Assembly: GCA_041690375.1 (NCBI GenBank)
Contig: JAWLHL010000005.1
Coordinates: 8,528 to 72,527 of the forward strand
Length of the DNA stretch: 64,000 nucleotides
Source of the DNA: Guyparkeria sp.
GTDB lineage: Bacteria > Pseudomonadota > Gammaproteobacteria > Halothiobacillales > Halothiobacillaceae
Reading direction: 5' to 3'
In this document: piece after piece, positions 44,264 through 54,876 of the stretch
Numbering within the stretch: the first letter of the stretch is position 1
Layout: every line of letters starts with the position of its first letter
Program-made: the position numbers and the translations under genes
The notes under the pieces: model-generated
The model's database searches: none
What the model saw: the letters and a program-made list of their open reading frames with translations, nothing else
What the model was told of the DNA's origin: nothing

Positions 44264-45430
44264 TCAGTCCGCCTGATGACGCAGGAACGACGGGATGTCG
44301 ATCGTGTCCAGGTTGATCGCGGTGTTGCCGCGGTGTGCCGTCCCGCCGCCGGCGGCATACCCCTGCTGCTGGGTCTCGGCCTCGTCGGTCTCGGCGGCCG
44401 GCTCCTCGCGGCGGGCGTTGTCGATCACCACGCGAGGCTTGCGCTGCTGGCCACCGACGACGTCCTTGTTGCGCGACAGGCCGGTGGCCACCAGGGTGAC
44501 CCGGAGCTGGCCGTCGAGCTCTTCGTCGACGGCAGTGCCGACCTTGACCACCGCCTCGTCCCCGGCCAGCGACTGGACCATCTCGCCGATCTCCATGAAC
44601 TCGCCGATGGAAAGGTCGCCCCCGGAGGTGACGTTCACCAGGATGCCCTCCGCGCCGGTGAGGTTGATGTCGTCCAGCAGCGGACTGTGGATGGCCGCCT
44701 CGGCCGCCTCGGCGGCGCGGTTGTCGCCGGTGCCGACACCGGTGCCCATCATCGCCGTGCCCTTCTCGGTCATGATCGCGCGGACGTCGGCGAAGTCGAG
44801 GTTGATCTCGCCCGGACGGGTGATCAGCTCGGAGATGCCGGCCACGGCGGTGAACAGCACTTCGTTGGCAGCGGCGAAGGCGTCACGCAGCGCCGCCTGC
44901 TTGCCCATCACCGCGGTGAGCTGGTCGTTGGGGATGACGATCAGCGAGTCGACGTTGTCCTCGAGCTCCTGGATTCCCTCCATGGCCACGGCCGTGCGCT
45001 TGCGGCCCTCGAAGGAGAACGGCCGGGTGACGACCGCCACGGTCAGGATGTTCATGTCGCGGGCGATCTGGGCGATCACCGGGGCGGCGCCGGTGCCGGT
45101 GCCCCCACCCATGCCGGTGGTGATGAACAGCATGTTGGCGTCACTGATCGCCTCCTGGATCTGCTCGCGGTCCTCGAGGGCGGCCTGGCGGCCCAGTTCC
45201 GGGTCGGCGCCGGCGCCGAGCCCCTTGGTGATGTTCGCGCCGATCTGCAGCTGCGAGGGGGCGTTGCTCTTGACCAGCGCCTGGGCGTCCGTGTTGGCGC
45301 TGATGTACTCGATCCCCTCGATGTGCTGCTGAACCATGTGGGCCACGGCGTTGCCGCCGCCCCCGCCGACGCCGATGACCTTGATCTTCGCGCTCTCGGT
45401 CTGCATTTCAGCCATTGTCCAATTGCTCAT
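44264..45430 (-). CDS. ftsZ: Cell division protein FtsZ
   Basis: GVGGGGGNAV, GMGGGTGTG, INLDFADV, DIPSFLRHQAD. Confidence 0.98.
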   Translation of the reverse strand: MSNWTMAEMQTESAKIKVIGVGGGGGNAVAHMVQQHIEGIEYISANTDAQALVKSNAPSQLQIGANITKGLGAGADPELGRQAALEDREQIQEAISDANMLFITTGMGGGTGTGAAPVIAQIARDMNILTVAVVTRPFSFEGRKRTAVAMEGIQELEDNVDSLIVIPNDQLTAVMGKQAALRDAFAAANEVLFTAVAGISELITRPGEINLDFADVRAIMTEKGTAMMGTGVGTGDNRAAEAAEAAIHSPLLDDINLTGAEGILVNVTSGGDLSIGEFMEIGEMVQSLAGDEAVVKVGTAVDEELDGQLRVTLVATGLSRNKDVVGGQQRKPRVVIDNARREEPAAETDEAETQQQGYAAGGGTAHRGNTAINLDTIDIPSFLRHQAD

Positions 45431-45467
45431 GGTGTCGTCTCCTTCTCTCGCCTGGCGTTCTTGAAAA

Positions 45468-46712
45468 TCAGAAGTGATCGCGGAACCAGCCCTTGAGCCG
45501 TTCCAGGACATTTCCATGCATCGTCTCCGATCCATGGGCCGTGTTTTCCCTGGCCTGTTGCAGGCCGTGCAGCATCAAGCCGATACCGGCGGCGTTCGCC
45601 GGGTCCGTTAGGGCATCCAGATTGCCCACCACGCCCTGGGGAGTTCCCAGCCGGGCGGGCATCTGCAGAAAGTCTTCGGCCAACTCGACGAAACCGGGCA
45701 TCTGGGCCGTTCCCCCGGTGATAACCACCCCGGCGTTGACCATGTTCAGGTAGCCCGACTGGCGGATCTCCTCCTGCAGGTACGAGAGGAGCTCCTCCAC
45801 GCGGGGACGGACGATGCGCATCATCGTCTCCTGCGGAATGCGCCGCGGCGGGCGCCCCGACACGCCCGGCACCTCGATCGCCCGCGAGGCATCGCGCTCG
45901 TCCAGCTGGCCGAGGTTGGCGTGGTTGATCTTGATCTTCTCGGCCTCGGCCGGCGGCGTGGTCAGGCCGTAGGAGAGGTCGTTGGTGATCTGCTCGCCGG
46001 CGATCGGCAGCACCGCGGCGTGTCTCAGGGCGCCGCCGGTGTAGATGGCGACATCCGTGGTGCCGCCGCCGATGTCGATCAGCACCACGCCGAGCTCCCG
46101 CTCGTCGTCGTTGAGCACCGCACGCGCCGCGGCGATCGGCTCGAGGATGGTGCCCTCGACATGCACGTCGCAGCGCTCGACGCACTTGATCACGTTCTGC
46201 ACGTTGTTCGCCGCCGAGGTGACGATGTGCACGTTCGCCTCGAGCCGGTGCCCGCTCATCCCCTGCGGCTTTCGGATGCCGTCCTGGCCGTCGATGCGGA
46301 ACTCCTGCGCCTCGCAGTGCAGGATCTGCTGTCCGTCCGGGATCTTCACCGCCCGGGCCGACTGGATCACCTGGGTGACGTCGGCATCGGTGATCTCGCG
46401 TCCACCGGTGCCGGTCATGCCCTGCGAGTCCATGCTGCGGATGTGATCCCCGGCCACGCCCACCCAGGCCGAGCCGATCTCGCAGTCCGACAGCGCCGAG
46501 GCGCCATCGATGGCCCGCCGGATCGCCATCGAGGTCGATTCGATGTCCACCACCGACCCGCGGCGCAGCCCCTTGTTGGTGGGGTGCGCACCGTAGCCGA
46601 TCAGGCTCAGCCGGCCGTCGGCGTCGCACTCGCCGACCAGCGCGGCGACCTTGCTGGTGCCGATGTCCAGACCGACGACGAATTCACGCTCTCCTTTCTT
46701 CAACGCGCTCAT
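45468..46712 (-). CDS. ftsA: Cell division protein FtsA
   Basis: GLDIGTSKV, DIGGGTTD, AEKIK, C-terminal amphipathic LKGWFRDHF. Confidence 0.97.
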   Translation of the reverse strand: MSALKKGEREFVVGLDIGTSKVAALVGECDADGRLSLIGYGAHPTNKGLRRGSVVDIESTSMAIRRAIDGASALSDCEIGSAWVGVAGDHIRSMDSQGMTGTGGREITDADVTQVIQSARAVKIPDGQQILHCEAQEFRIDGQDGIRKPQGMSGHRLEANVHIVTSAANNVQNVIKCVERCDVHVEGTILEPIAAARAVLNDDERELGVVLIDIGGGTTDVAIYTGGALRHAAVLPIAGEQITNDLSYGLTTPPAEAEKIKINHANLGQLDERDASRAIEVPGVSGRPPRRIPQETMMRIVRPRVEELLSYLQEEIRQSGYLNMVNAGVVITGGTAQMPGFVELAEDFLQMPARLGTPQGVVGNLDALTDPANAAGIGLMLHGLQQARENTAHGSETMHGNVLERLKGWFRDHF

Positions 46713-46776
46713 GTTGTGTTTCCGCCATTGATTTCCATGTTTTCCGATCGTTTCAGGCTCCAGTACGTCCCTGTCG

Positions 46777-47589
46777 TCAGTCTTCTTCTGTGTTCTTGTT
46801 CGTCCCGTTGTCCGACTCGCGCCAGGCCACGGCAAAGCCGTTGCTGTAGCGCAGGTCGATCGAGCGGACCTGGTGCATCCGCCCTTCCAGCGTGTCGGGA
46901 TACACGTCCAGCAGGCGTTGCAGGCGTGCTTCCAGCGACTGCCGGCCCGCACGGATCACCACGCCCGACGCCAGCGTGAGGTCCAGCGCCCCTCGCGAAC
47001 TCAACTTCACTCCCGCCAGCGTCAGACCCACCTGTTCGAGCACGGGCCGCAGGCTGCTGTAGCGCTCCCAGACCGACCACTGACTGTCCCGCGGGCCGTC
47101 CAGTCGCGGCAGGCCGAGCACGTCCGACCGGTTTTCCGGCCGGAAGACCTCGCCGGTGCTGCTCATCAGGGCATCCTCCCCCCAGTACGCGATGGGACGA
47201 TGCGTCGCCAGCTCGACCCGCAGCCGGTCCGGCCACTGCCGGGTGACGGTCACCTCGGTGAGCCAGCGGTCCTCCAGCAGGCGTTCGCGCATCATCTCGA
47301 GCTCCACGTCCCATATGCTCTGTCCGAGCCAGGGCTCCACCGCCTGCTCGACCTGCTCGGCCGAGACGAAGCGGTTGTCCCCCTCGACCACGATCTCCCG
47401 CACCGGCATGTCCAGCTTCACCCAGACGCGCTGGGCGACCAGTACCAGTGCCCCGGCGAACGCGACCCAAAGCGCCACGGTCGTCCCGACGCGCAACACA
47501 CGCCGGCCCATGGCGACGAATGCCGCGAACCGCTCGCGCCAGGTCGGCCCCTTCGGCCGTGCCTGAGATCTGCGCCTGGCTGTCATCAA
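46777..47589 (-). CDS. ftsQ: Cell division protein FtsQ
   Basis: N-terminal TM, POTRA (RQWPDRL), IDLRYSNGFAV. Confidence 0.93.
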   Translation of the reverse strand: MMTARRRSQARPKGPTWRERFAAFVAMGRRVLRVGTTVALWVAFAGALVLVAQRVWVKLDMPVREIVVEGDNRFVSAEQVEQAVEPWLGQSIWDVELEMMRERLLEDRWLTEVTVTRQWPDRLRVELATHRPIAYWGEDALMSSTGEVFRPENRSDVLGLPRLDGPRDSQWSVWERYSSLRPVLEQVGLTLAGVKLSSRGALDLTLASGVVIRAGRQSLEARLQRLLDVYPDTLEGRMHQVRSIDLRYSNGFAVAWRESDNGTNKNTEED

Positions 47590-48575
47590 ACCGCTCCATG
47601 GACCGACTCACCTCCGTCGGCACCCCCGTGCGCCGCCGTCTTGGGCGCCAGGGTCTGTTCCAGGATCGACCGGCACAGGGCGGGGAAATCCATTCCCGCC
47701 TCGCGCGCGGCCATCGGCACCAGCGAATGCCCGGTCATGCCCGGCACCGTGTTGACCTCGATCAGCCAGTGCCGCCCATCCGGGTCGCGGATGAAATCCA
47801 CCCTTCCCCAGCCGGTCGCGCCGATCAGGTCGAAAGCTTCCCTGGCCGTGGCTGCCATCAGCCGCTCCTCGTCGGCGGCCAGGCCGCAGGGAATCCGGTA
47901 ACCCGTGTCCTCGGCCTCGTACTTGGCCTGGTAGTCGTAGAAGGCGTGCTCGCCGCTCGCCTCGATACGGATCGCCGGCAGCGTCTTCCCGCCCAGGACG
48001 GCGACGGTGTACTCGCCGCCGGCAACGAAGCGCTCGACCATCACCGGGCCGTGGGCGGCGGCCTCGCGCCAGGCGGACTCCACCCCTTCCGGGCCGTCGA
48101 CCTTGCTCACCCCGACGCTCGAGCCGTCGGCGGTGGGCTTGACGATCACCGGCCAGCCCAGTCGGTCGGCGGCCGCCCTCGCCTGCGCGAGGTCCCCGAC
48201 GACTTCGAACGCCGGGGTATCCAGGCCCGCGCCCTGCCAGATGCGCTTGCACAGCACCTTGTCCATGCCCACGGCCGAGGCCGCCATGCCGCTGCCGGTG
48301 TAGGGCACGTCCAGGAGATCCAGCAGCGCCTGGACCTGCCCGTCCTCGCCGCCGCGGCCGTGCAGGGCGATGAACACCCGGTCGACGCCCTGCTCGCGCA
48401 GGATGCGGTCGAGCTCGCGGGCATCCTCCCGGTGCAGGTCGATCGCGACCGTGTCGATGCCCTGGCCGGCCAGCGCGTCGAACACCGCCTGCCCGCTGGC
48501 GAGCGAAACGTCGCGCTCGGCGGACCAGCCGCCCATCAGCACCGCCACCCGGCCGAAATCCGTCGTGTCGGTCAT
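47586..48575 (-). CDS. ddlB: D-alanine--D-alanine ligase
   Basis: MGGWSAERDVSL, ALHGRGGEDG, GSSVG, YDYQAKY, EVNTVPGMT. Confidence 0.96.
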   Translation of the reverse strand: MTDTTDFGRVAVLMGGWSAERDVSLASGQAVFDALAGQGIDTVAIDLHREDARELDRILREQGVDRVFIALHGRGGEDGQVQALLDLLDVPYTGSGMAASAVGMDKVLCKRIWQGAGLDTPAFEVVGDLAQARAAADRLGWPVIVKPTADGSSVGVSKVDGPEGVESAWREAAAHGPVMVERFVAGGEYTVAVLGGKTLPAIRIEASGEHAFYDYQAKYEAEDTGYRIPCGLAADEERLMAATAREAFDLIGATGWGRVDFIRDPDGRHWLIEVNTVPGMTGHSLVPMAAREAGMDFPALCRSILEQTLAPKTAAHGGADGGESVHGAV

Positions 48576-49999
48576 GCCGATTCCCCCCAGCATTCGAGCA
48601 GCAGGCCCGGCAGGCTGCCGACGTTGCCGGCGCCCAGCGTCAAAACGATGCCGTCGTCGTGCACCATGTCGGCGATCACCTCCGGCACCTGTTCCGGCTT
48701 GGCGACGAATACCGGGTCGACCTGGCCGCGGGCCCGGATCGCACGGGCGAGACTGCGCCCGTCGGCCCCGGCGATCGGCTGCTGACCGGCGGCGTAGACT
48801 TCCAGCAGGATCAGCTGGTCGACCTGCGAGAGCACCTCGACGAAGTCCTCGAACAGGTCGCGGGTGCGGGTATAGCGGTGCGGCTGGAAGATCAGCAGCA
48901 GGGGCTCGTCCGGCCAGGCGTCGCGCACGGCGGCGAGGGTGGCCGCCACCTCGCGCGGGTGGTGGCCGTAATCGTCCAGCAGCAGGCGGCGACCGTGCCT
49001 GAAGGCGAGGGTCCCGCGGCGTTCCAGCCGCCGGCCCACGCCCTTGAAGGCTGCCAGCGCCCGGACGATCGACTCGCCGTCGACGCCGAGATCGTGCGCC
49101 ACCGTGATCGCCGCCAGCGCATTGAGGATGTTGTGCCGGCCGGGCATCGCCAGCCGGCAGTGCAGTTGGGCGCCGTCGGGCAGCCGGACGTCGAAGGCCG
49201 ACTCGAACCCGTCGCTGCGCAGACCGGTCGCGCGCACGTCGGCCGGGGCATCGATGCCGTAGCTGAGCACCTGCCGGCCCACGCGGTTGACGATGCTCAT
49301 TGCATGGGCGTCGTCGGCGCAGATCACCGCCAGTCCGTAGAACGGCAGGTTGTGCAGGAACTCGACGAAGTGATCCAGCAGCCGGGAGAAGTCGTTGTCG
49401 TAGGTCTCCAGGTGGTCGGCGTCGATATTGGTGACCACCGCCACGTGCGGCTGGAGATGCAGGAACGAGGCATCCGACTCGTCGGCCTCGGCGATCAGGT
49501 ACTCGCCCCGGCCGAGCCGGGCGTTCGAGGCGCTGGACAGCAGCTTGCCGCCGATCACGTAGGTCGGGTCCAGCCCGGCCTCGGCCAGGATCGCCGCGAG
49601 CAGGGACGTCGTCGTGGTCTTGCCGTGGGTGCCGGCGACGGCGAGACCGATGCGAAAGCGCATGATCTCGGCGAGCATCTCGGCGCGGCGGACGATCGGC
49701 AACCGCCGCGCCTGGGCAGTCTGGAGCTCGGGGTTGTCCCGCGCGATCGCGGTGGAGACCACCAGCACGTCGGCGTCGGCGAGGTTCTCGGCGGCGTGGC
49801 CGATGTACACCTCGATGCCCAGTTCGCGCAGGTGACGCACGGCCGGCGACTCGTTCATGTCCGAGCCGGTGACCACGAAGCCGAGGGTGTGCAGCACCTC
49901 GGCGATGCCGCTCATGCCGGCCCCGCCGATGCCGACGAAGTGCAGCTTGCGCACCTTGCGCATGCGTACCTGAGCGACCGGAGCGAACTGTTCCATCAT
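48572..49999 (-). CDS. murC: UDP-N-acetylmuramate--L-alanine ligase
   Basis: GIGGAGMSG, GTHGKTTT, EADESD, DDYGHHP, FQPHRYTRT. Confidence 0.97.
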   Translation of the reverse strand: MMEQFAPVAQVRMRKVRKLHFVGIGGAGMSGIAEVLHTLGFVVTGSDMNESPAVRHLRELGIEVYIGHAAENLADADVLVVSTAIARDNPELQTAQARRLPIVRRAEMLAEIMRFRIGLAVAGTHGKTTTTSLLAAILAEAGLDPTYVIGGKLLSSASNARLGRGEYLIAEADESDASFLHLQPHVAVVTNIDADHLETYDNDFSRLLDHFVEFLHNLPFYGLAVICADDAHAMSIVNRVGRQVLSYGIDAPADVRATGLRSDGFESAFDVRLPDGAQLHCRLAMPGRHNILNALAAITVAHDLGVDGESIVRALAAFKGVGRRLERRGTLAFRHGRRLLLDDYGHHPREVAATLAAVRDAWPDEPLLLIFQPHRYTRTRDLFEDFVEVLSQVDQLILLEVYAAGQQPIAGADGRSLARAIRARGQVDPVFVAKPEQVPEVIADMVHDDGIVLTLGAGNVGSLPGLLLECWGESA

Positions 50000-51120
50000 T
50001 TTCCCTCCCCGGGGCGCTGGCCCGCGATCACCTGTTCGCAGACCGTCGTGATTCTCGTGGTGCTGTCCGCCACGGCCACGGCACGGGCGCGTACGGCCAT
50101 CCCCTCGAGCAGCGCCCGATCGGCCAGCACCTCGCCCAGCAGGCCGGCGATCCGCTCGACATCCGCGTCGCGCTGGTCGAGCAGCCGCGCCGCGCCCTGG
50201 TCGACCAGCCAGGCGGCGTTGTGCCGCTGGTGGTCGTCGACCGCATGCGGGAACGGGATGAACAGCGCCCCGATGCCCGCCGCGGCGATCTCGGCGACGG
50301 TCATGGCGCCGGCCCGGGCGATGACGAAGTCCGCCCAGCCGAAGGCCTCGGCCATGTCGTCGATGAAGCCGATCACCTCGTGCCGGCTGCCCTCGCCCCA
50401 GGCGGCCTCCTCGTAGTGGGCGCGAGCCTCGTCGAGGTTGCGCGGACCGGCCTGGTGCCGGATGTCCAGAGCGATCGACCCGCTGACCCGGGCAAGCGCC
50501 TGCGGCACGGATTCGTTGAGCGCCCGGGCACCGAGGCTCCCCCCGAGCACCAGGACGCGCACCGGGCCTTCCCGGTTCGCGAGACGCACTTCCGGGGCGG
50601 GCAGTGCGGCGATGTCGCGACGCACGGGATTGCCCACGACCTGCGCGTCGGGAAGCGGCCGGCCGAAGGCCTTCGGATAGGCCGCGAGCGTGACCCGGGC
50701 CAGGCGCGACAGCACCCGGTTGGTCATGCCGGCGATGGCGTTCTGTTCGTGGATCACCAGCGGGCGACGCAGCAGCCAGGCGGCGAGCCCTCCCGGTCCG
50801 GCGGCGAATCCGCCCATGCCGATCACCAGCACGGGACGCTCGCGTCGCAGCAATCGCGCGGCGGCCCAGACCGCCCGCAGCAGGGCGAAGGGCGCCGCCA
50901 GCCGGGTCGCCCAGCCCTTGCCGCGGATCCCGCCGATGGGCAGGTAGTCGAGGGGGTAGCCGGCGTCCGGCACCAGCCGCGACTCGATGCCGCGTTCGGT
51001 ACCCATCCAGCGGACGGCATAGCCCCGCTCGGTCAGGGCGCGGGCCACGGCGAGCGCCGGGATCACGTGCCCGCCGGTCCCGCCGGCCATGACGTAGACC
51101 CGAGGTGCCGCCGCGGTCAT
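49996..51120 (-). CDS. murG: Undecaprenyl-PP-MurNAc-pentapeptide GlcNAc transferase
   Basis: AGGTGGH, HEQN, GNPVR, GGSLGA, RAGAMT, DDHQ. Confidence 0.97.
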   Translation of the reverse strand: MTAAAPRVYVMAGGTGGHVIPALAVARALTERGYAVRWMGTERGIESRLVPDAGYPLDYLPIGGIRGKGWATRLAAPFALLRAVWAAARLLRRERPVLVIGMGGFAAGPGGLAAWLLRRPLVIHEQNAIAGMTNRVLSRLARVTLAAYPKAFGRPLPDAQVVGNPVRRDIAALPAPEVRLANREGPVRVLVLGGSLGARALNESVPQALARVSGSIALDIRHQAGPRNLDEARAHYEEAAWGEGSRHEVIGFIDDMAEAFGWADFVIARAGAMTVAEIAAAGIGALFIPFPHAVDDHQRHNAAWLVDQGAARLLDQRDADVERIAGLLGEVLADRALLEGMAVRARAVAVADSTTRITTVCEQVIAGQRPGEGK

Positions 51121-52358
51121 CGCGTCACCTCCCGGGCGTCTCTGATGCCCTGCTCGGCCAGTGCGACACTGGCCTCGTGGTAAACCCGCAGGATCAGCCC
51201 CATGGCCAGCAGCGTGGCTACCATGGCCGAGCCGCCGTAGCTCATCAGGGGCAGCGTCAGCCCCTTGGTGGGCAGCAGCCCCATGTTCACGCCCAGGTTG
51301 ATCAGCGTCTGCATGCCGATCCACACGCTGATGCCCCAGGCCAGCGCCGCTCCCGTGTAGTGCCGGGCGGTCCAGGCCATGCGGGCGATGACGAAGCCGC
51401 GCCAAACCAGCACCGCGTAGATCGCGAGCAGCGCGGCCACGCCGAACAGGCCGAATTCCTCGGCGAAAACGGCGAAGATGAAGTCCGTGTGGGCCTCCGG
51501 CAGGTAGGAGAGTTTTTGTACGCTCTCGCCCAGGCCGCGGCCGAACAGGCCGCCGCTGCCGATGGCGATCAGGGCGTTGACCAGCTGGTAGCCGTCGCCA
51601 AAGGGGTCGGCGAACGGGTTGGAGAACGACAGCAGGCGGTCGATGCGGTACTGCGCGGCGAAGACCCCGGCCAACGCCAGTCCCGCGCCGACGAACATCA
51701 GCATGATCATGGTGTGCAACTGGGCCCGCATCAGCCATGCCATGGCGAACAGCGTCCCACCGAGCACCAGCGTGTTGCCGTAGTCGGGCTGCAGCAGCAG
51801 GAGCGTCGCGCCGAGGGCGATCACGATCACCGGCGGGAGCATGCCCCGCATGCGCGATTGCACCTTGTCGAGATGGGTGCCCAGGTAGGCGGCCATCCAG
51901 ATGATCATGCCCAGCCGCGCGAACTCGCTCACCTGGACCCGGACCACGCCGAGATCGATCCATCGGCTGGCCCCGTTGACGGTATGGGCGACTCCGGGCA
52001 CGAACAGCACGGCGAGAAGTGCCAGTGAGAGCACCAGGATGGAGGTGCGCAGCGAGACCAGGTGGCGGATCGGCACCATCAGCAGCACGGCCATCGCCGT
52101 CAGCCCGATGACGACGGCAGCGGACTGGCGCAAAAGCAGCCCGCTGTTGAGCGTGTCGCCGCCACCCAGGGTGGCGGACGCCACCATGACCAGTCCGAGC
52201 GAGATCAGGGCGACCAGGCTGGTTAGGAACGATCGATCAAGACGGATGCCGCCGACGTGCCGCTGGACCTGACCGCGCTCGCCGATCCAGCCCGACACGG
52301 TCGCGAACGCCTCGCGCAGCCGTTGGCGGACCGGGCCGTGGATCGTCATCAGGCTCAT
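51117..52358 (-). CDS. ftsW: Peptidoglycan glycosyltransferase FtsW
   Basis: NGASRW, QPDYG, LPEAHTDFIF, PTKGLTLPLMSYGGS. Confidence 0.96.
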   Translation of the reverse strand: MSLMTIHGPVRQRLREAFATVSGWIGERGQVQRHVGGIRLDRSFLTSLVALISLGLVMVASATLGGGDTLNSGLLLRQSAAVVIGLTAMAVLLMVPIRHLVSLRTSILVLSLALLAVLFVPGVAHTVNGASRWIDLGVVRVQVSEFARLGMIIWMAAYLGTHLDKVQSRMRGMLPPVIVIALGATLLLLQPDYGNTLVLGGTLFAMAWLMRAQLHTMIMLMFVGAGLALAGVFAAQYRIDRLLSFSNPFADPFGDGYQLVNALIAIGSGGLFGRGLGESVQKLSYLPEAHTDFIFAVFAEEFGLFGVAALLAIYAVLVWRGFVIARMAWTARHYTGAALAWGISVWIGMQTLINLGVNMGLLPTKGLTLPLMSYGGSAMVATLLAMGLILRVYHEASVALAEQGIRDAREVTR

Positions 52359-53794
52359 GAGGCCACCTCCGTCTCCATGCCTCGCGCACAGACGGTTTCC
52401 GCCGCGCGGGCGAAGCGCTCGCCCCGGTCGGCGTAGCCGCGGAACATGTCGAAACTCGCGCAGGCCGGGGCCAGCAGCACCGTGACTCTCGATGCCCGGC
52501 GCAACCCCGCCAGCGCGCAGTCGGTCGCCCGCCTGACCGCTTCGTCCATGTCCACGGCGTGGTGGACGACGGGAGCGGAAGCGGACAGGCGCTCGATGGA
52601 GGATGCGATCAACGGGGCGTCCTCGCCGATGAGCACCACCGCCAGGGCATGTCGGGCCAGAGCCTCGGCCAGTTCGTCGAACGTCTGGCCCTTGGCCTGG
52701 CCTCCCGCGATGACCACGCTCGGCTCGGCCAGCCCGTCGATGGCGGCCACCGCCGCCCCCACGTTGGTCGCCTTGGAATCGTTGACGAAGCGGATCTCGC
52801 CGCCGTCCACGGTCCAGTGGCAGATGGCCTGCATGCGGTGCGGAAGCCCCTCGAAGCGCTTCAGCGCCCGATACAGGGCGCGCGATTCCAGCGCCTCCCG
52901 TCCGGCGAATCCCTCGACCAGGGCCAGGCACGCCAGGACGTTCAGTCGGTTGTGCCGGCCGGGCAGCGCCAGCGCGTCCGTGGCGACCATCGCTTCACCG
53001 TCGCGACACAGGTGTCGGCCGTCGGCGTCGAGGTGGAAGCGGTGGGCCACCGGCCCTTGTTCGCCAGACTCCCCGGTCGAGAATCCCAGCACGCGGCCGT
53101 CGCATTCCTCGACCATGGCGGCCACCCGTGCATCGTCGAGGTTGACCACGGCGGTCTCGGCATGCAGGAGGACTCGCTGCTTGAGGGCCGCGTAGGCGGC
53201 CAGCGAGCCATGCCGGTCCAGATGATCGGCACTCACGTTCAGGACCGTGGCGGCCTTCGCCCGGATCGCTTCCGGATCGGAGGATTCCATCTGGAAGCTC
53301 GACACCTCCAGGACCATCACGTCGCAGGATCCGGCAAGCAGGTCGAGAGCCGGGGTGCCGTAGTTGCCCCCCACGGCCACGCGGTAGCCCAGCGCATCCA
53401 GCAACTCCGCCGTCAGGGCGGTCACTGTGCTCTTGCCGTTCGAGCCGGTGATCAGCAGATAGGGAACCCGGGCGTACCGCGCGGCCAGTTCGATGTCGCT
53501 GCGCACGGGAATGCCCCGCTCCCGGGCCGCCCCGAGGAGTTCCGCTACCCCCGGCTGCGACGGGTCGACGCCGGGGCTGAGCACGATGCCGTCGATGCCG
53601 TCGAGCCCCGGGCCGGCCTGCCCCCCGACGGTGATGTCCCCGTCGAAAAGCGTGCCCGCACCGAAGCTGCGCAGCCACTGCTCCCGGGGTGCGGCCGCCC
53701 CCCGGGTATCGGCGCCGACGAAGGGAACCCCCTGGCGCTGGAAGAAGCGCCCGGCGGAAAACCCTGTCTGTCCCATGCCGATAATCAGTTCCAT
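52355..53794 (-). CDS. murD: UDP-MurNAc-L-Ala--D-glutamate ligase
   Basis: LSPG, TGSNGKST, EVSSFQ, DHLDRH, NDSKATN, PACASFD. Confidence 0.97.
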   Translation of the reverse strand: MELIIGMGQTGFSAGRFFQRQGVPFVGADTRGAAAPREQWLRSFGAGTLFDGDITVGGQAGPGLDGIDGIVLSPGVDPSQPGVAELLGAARERGIPVRSDIELAARYARVPYLLITGSNGKSTVTALTAELLDALGYRVAVGGNYGTPALDLLAGSCDVMVLEVSSFQMESSDPEAIRAKAATVLNVSADHLDRHGSLAAYAALKQRVLLHAETAVVNLDDARVAAMVEECDGRVLGFSTGESGEQGPVAHRFHLDADGRHLCRDGEAMVATDALALPGRHNRLNVLACLALVEGFAGREALESRALYRALKRFEGLPHRMQAICHWTVDGGEIRFVNDSKATNVGAAVAAIDGLAEPSVVIAGGQAKGQTFDELAEALARHALAVVLIGEDAPLIASSIERLSASAPVVHHAVDMDEAVRRATDCALAGLRRASRVTVLLAPACASFDMFRGYADRGERFARAAETVCARGMETEVAS

Positions 53795-54876
53795 CAGCGC
53801 ACCTTCATCGTCGCAAGACCGATGAGCACGAGGATCACGGTGATGATCCAGAAGCGCACGATCACCTTCGGTTCCGGCCAGCCCTTGAGCTCGAAGTGGT
53901 GGTGGATCGGCGCCATGCGGAAGATCCGCTTGCCGGTCAGCCGATAGGACGCCACCTGGAGCATCACCGATACCGTCTCGAGCACGAAGATGCCGCCCAT
54001 GATGAACAGCACGATCTCCTGGCGGACCATCACCGCCACGATCCCCAGCGCCGCGCCGAGGGCGAGCGCGCCGACGTCGCCCATGAAGACCTGGGCGGGA
54101 TAGCTGTTGAACCACAGGAAACCCAGCCCGGCGCCGATGATCGTGGCGCAGAACACGGTGAGTTCGCCCACCCCGGGGATGTAGGGCAGTCCCAGGTACT
54201 CGGCGAACTCGATGTGGCCGTGGACGTAGGCGAACGCCGACAGTCCGCCGGCGACCAGCACCGTCGGCATGATGGCCAGCCCGTCGAGACCGTCGGTCAG
54301 GTTGACGGCGTTCGAGCTGCCCACCACCACGAAGTAGGTCAGGATGATGAAGCCGAAGCCCAGCGGGATCAGGGCGTCCTTCACCAGCGGGATCAGCAGG
54401 CTGGTCTCGGCCGGCGTCTCGGCGATCAGGTACAGGAACACCGCGGCGATCAGCGCGATCACCGACTGTCCCAGGTACTTCCAGCGCGCGGCGAGCCCGT
54501 CGCTGTTGCGGCGGGACAGCTTGAGGTAGTCGTCCCAGCCCCCGATCAGACCGAAGCCCATGGTGGTGATCAGGGCCACCCAGACGTAGACATTGCCCAG
54601 GTCGCCCCAGAGCAGGACCGAAACGGCGATCGAGATCAGGATCAGGGCCCCGCCCATGGTCGGGGTGCCGGCCTTGGCCAGATGGCTCTGCGGGCCGAGC
54701 TCACGGATCGGTTGCCCGGCCTTGACGCTCTGCAGCCAGCGGATGACGAACGGACCGACCAGCAGCGAGATGAACAGCGCGGTGCCCACCCCGAGCATGG
54801 CGCGGAACGTGAGATATTCGAACACGCCGAAGAACGTGGCGTATTGCGTCAGCCATTCAGTCAGCCAGAGCAGCAT
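53794..54876 (-). CDS. mraY: Phospho-MurNAc-pentapeptide translocase
   Basis: [37 protein letters not shown]. Confidence 0.98.
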   Translation of the reverse strand: MLLWLTEWLTQYATFFGVFEYLTFRAMLGVGTALFISLLVGPFVIRWLQSVKAGQPIRELGPQSHLAKAGTPTMGGALILISIAVSVLLWGDLGNVYVWVALITTMGFGLIGGWDDYLKLSRRNSDGLAARWKYLGQSVIALIAAVFLYLIAETPAETSLLIPLVKDALIPLGFGFIILTYFVVVGSSNAVNLTDGLDGLAIMPTVLVAGGLSAFAYVHGHIEFAEYLGLPYIPGVGELTVFCATIIGAGLGFLWFNSYPAQVFMGDVGALALGAALGIVAVMVRQEIVLFIMGGIFVLETVSVMLQVASYRLTGKRIFRMAPIHHHFELKGWPEPKVIVRFWIITVILVLIGLATMKVR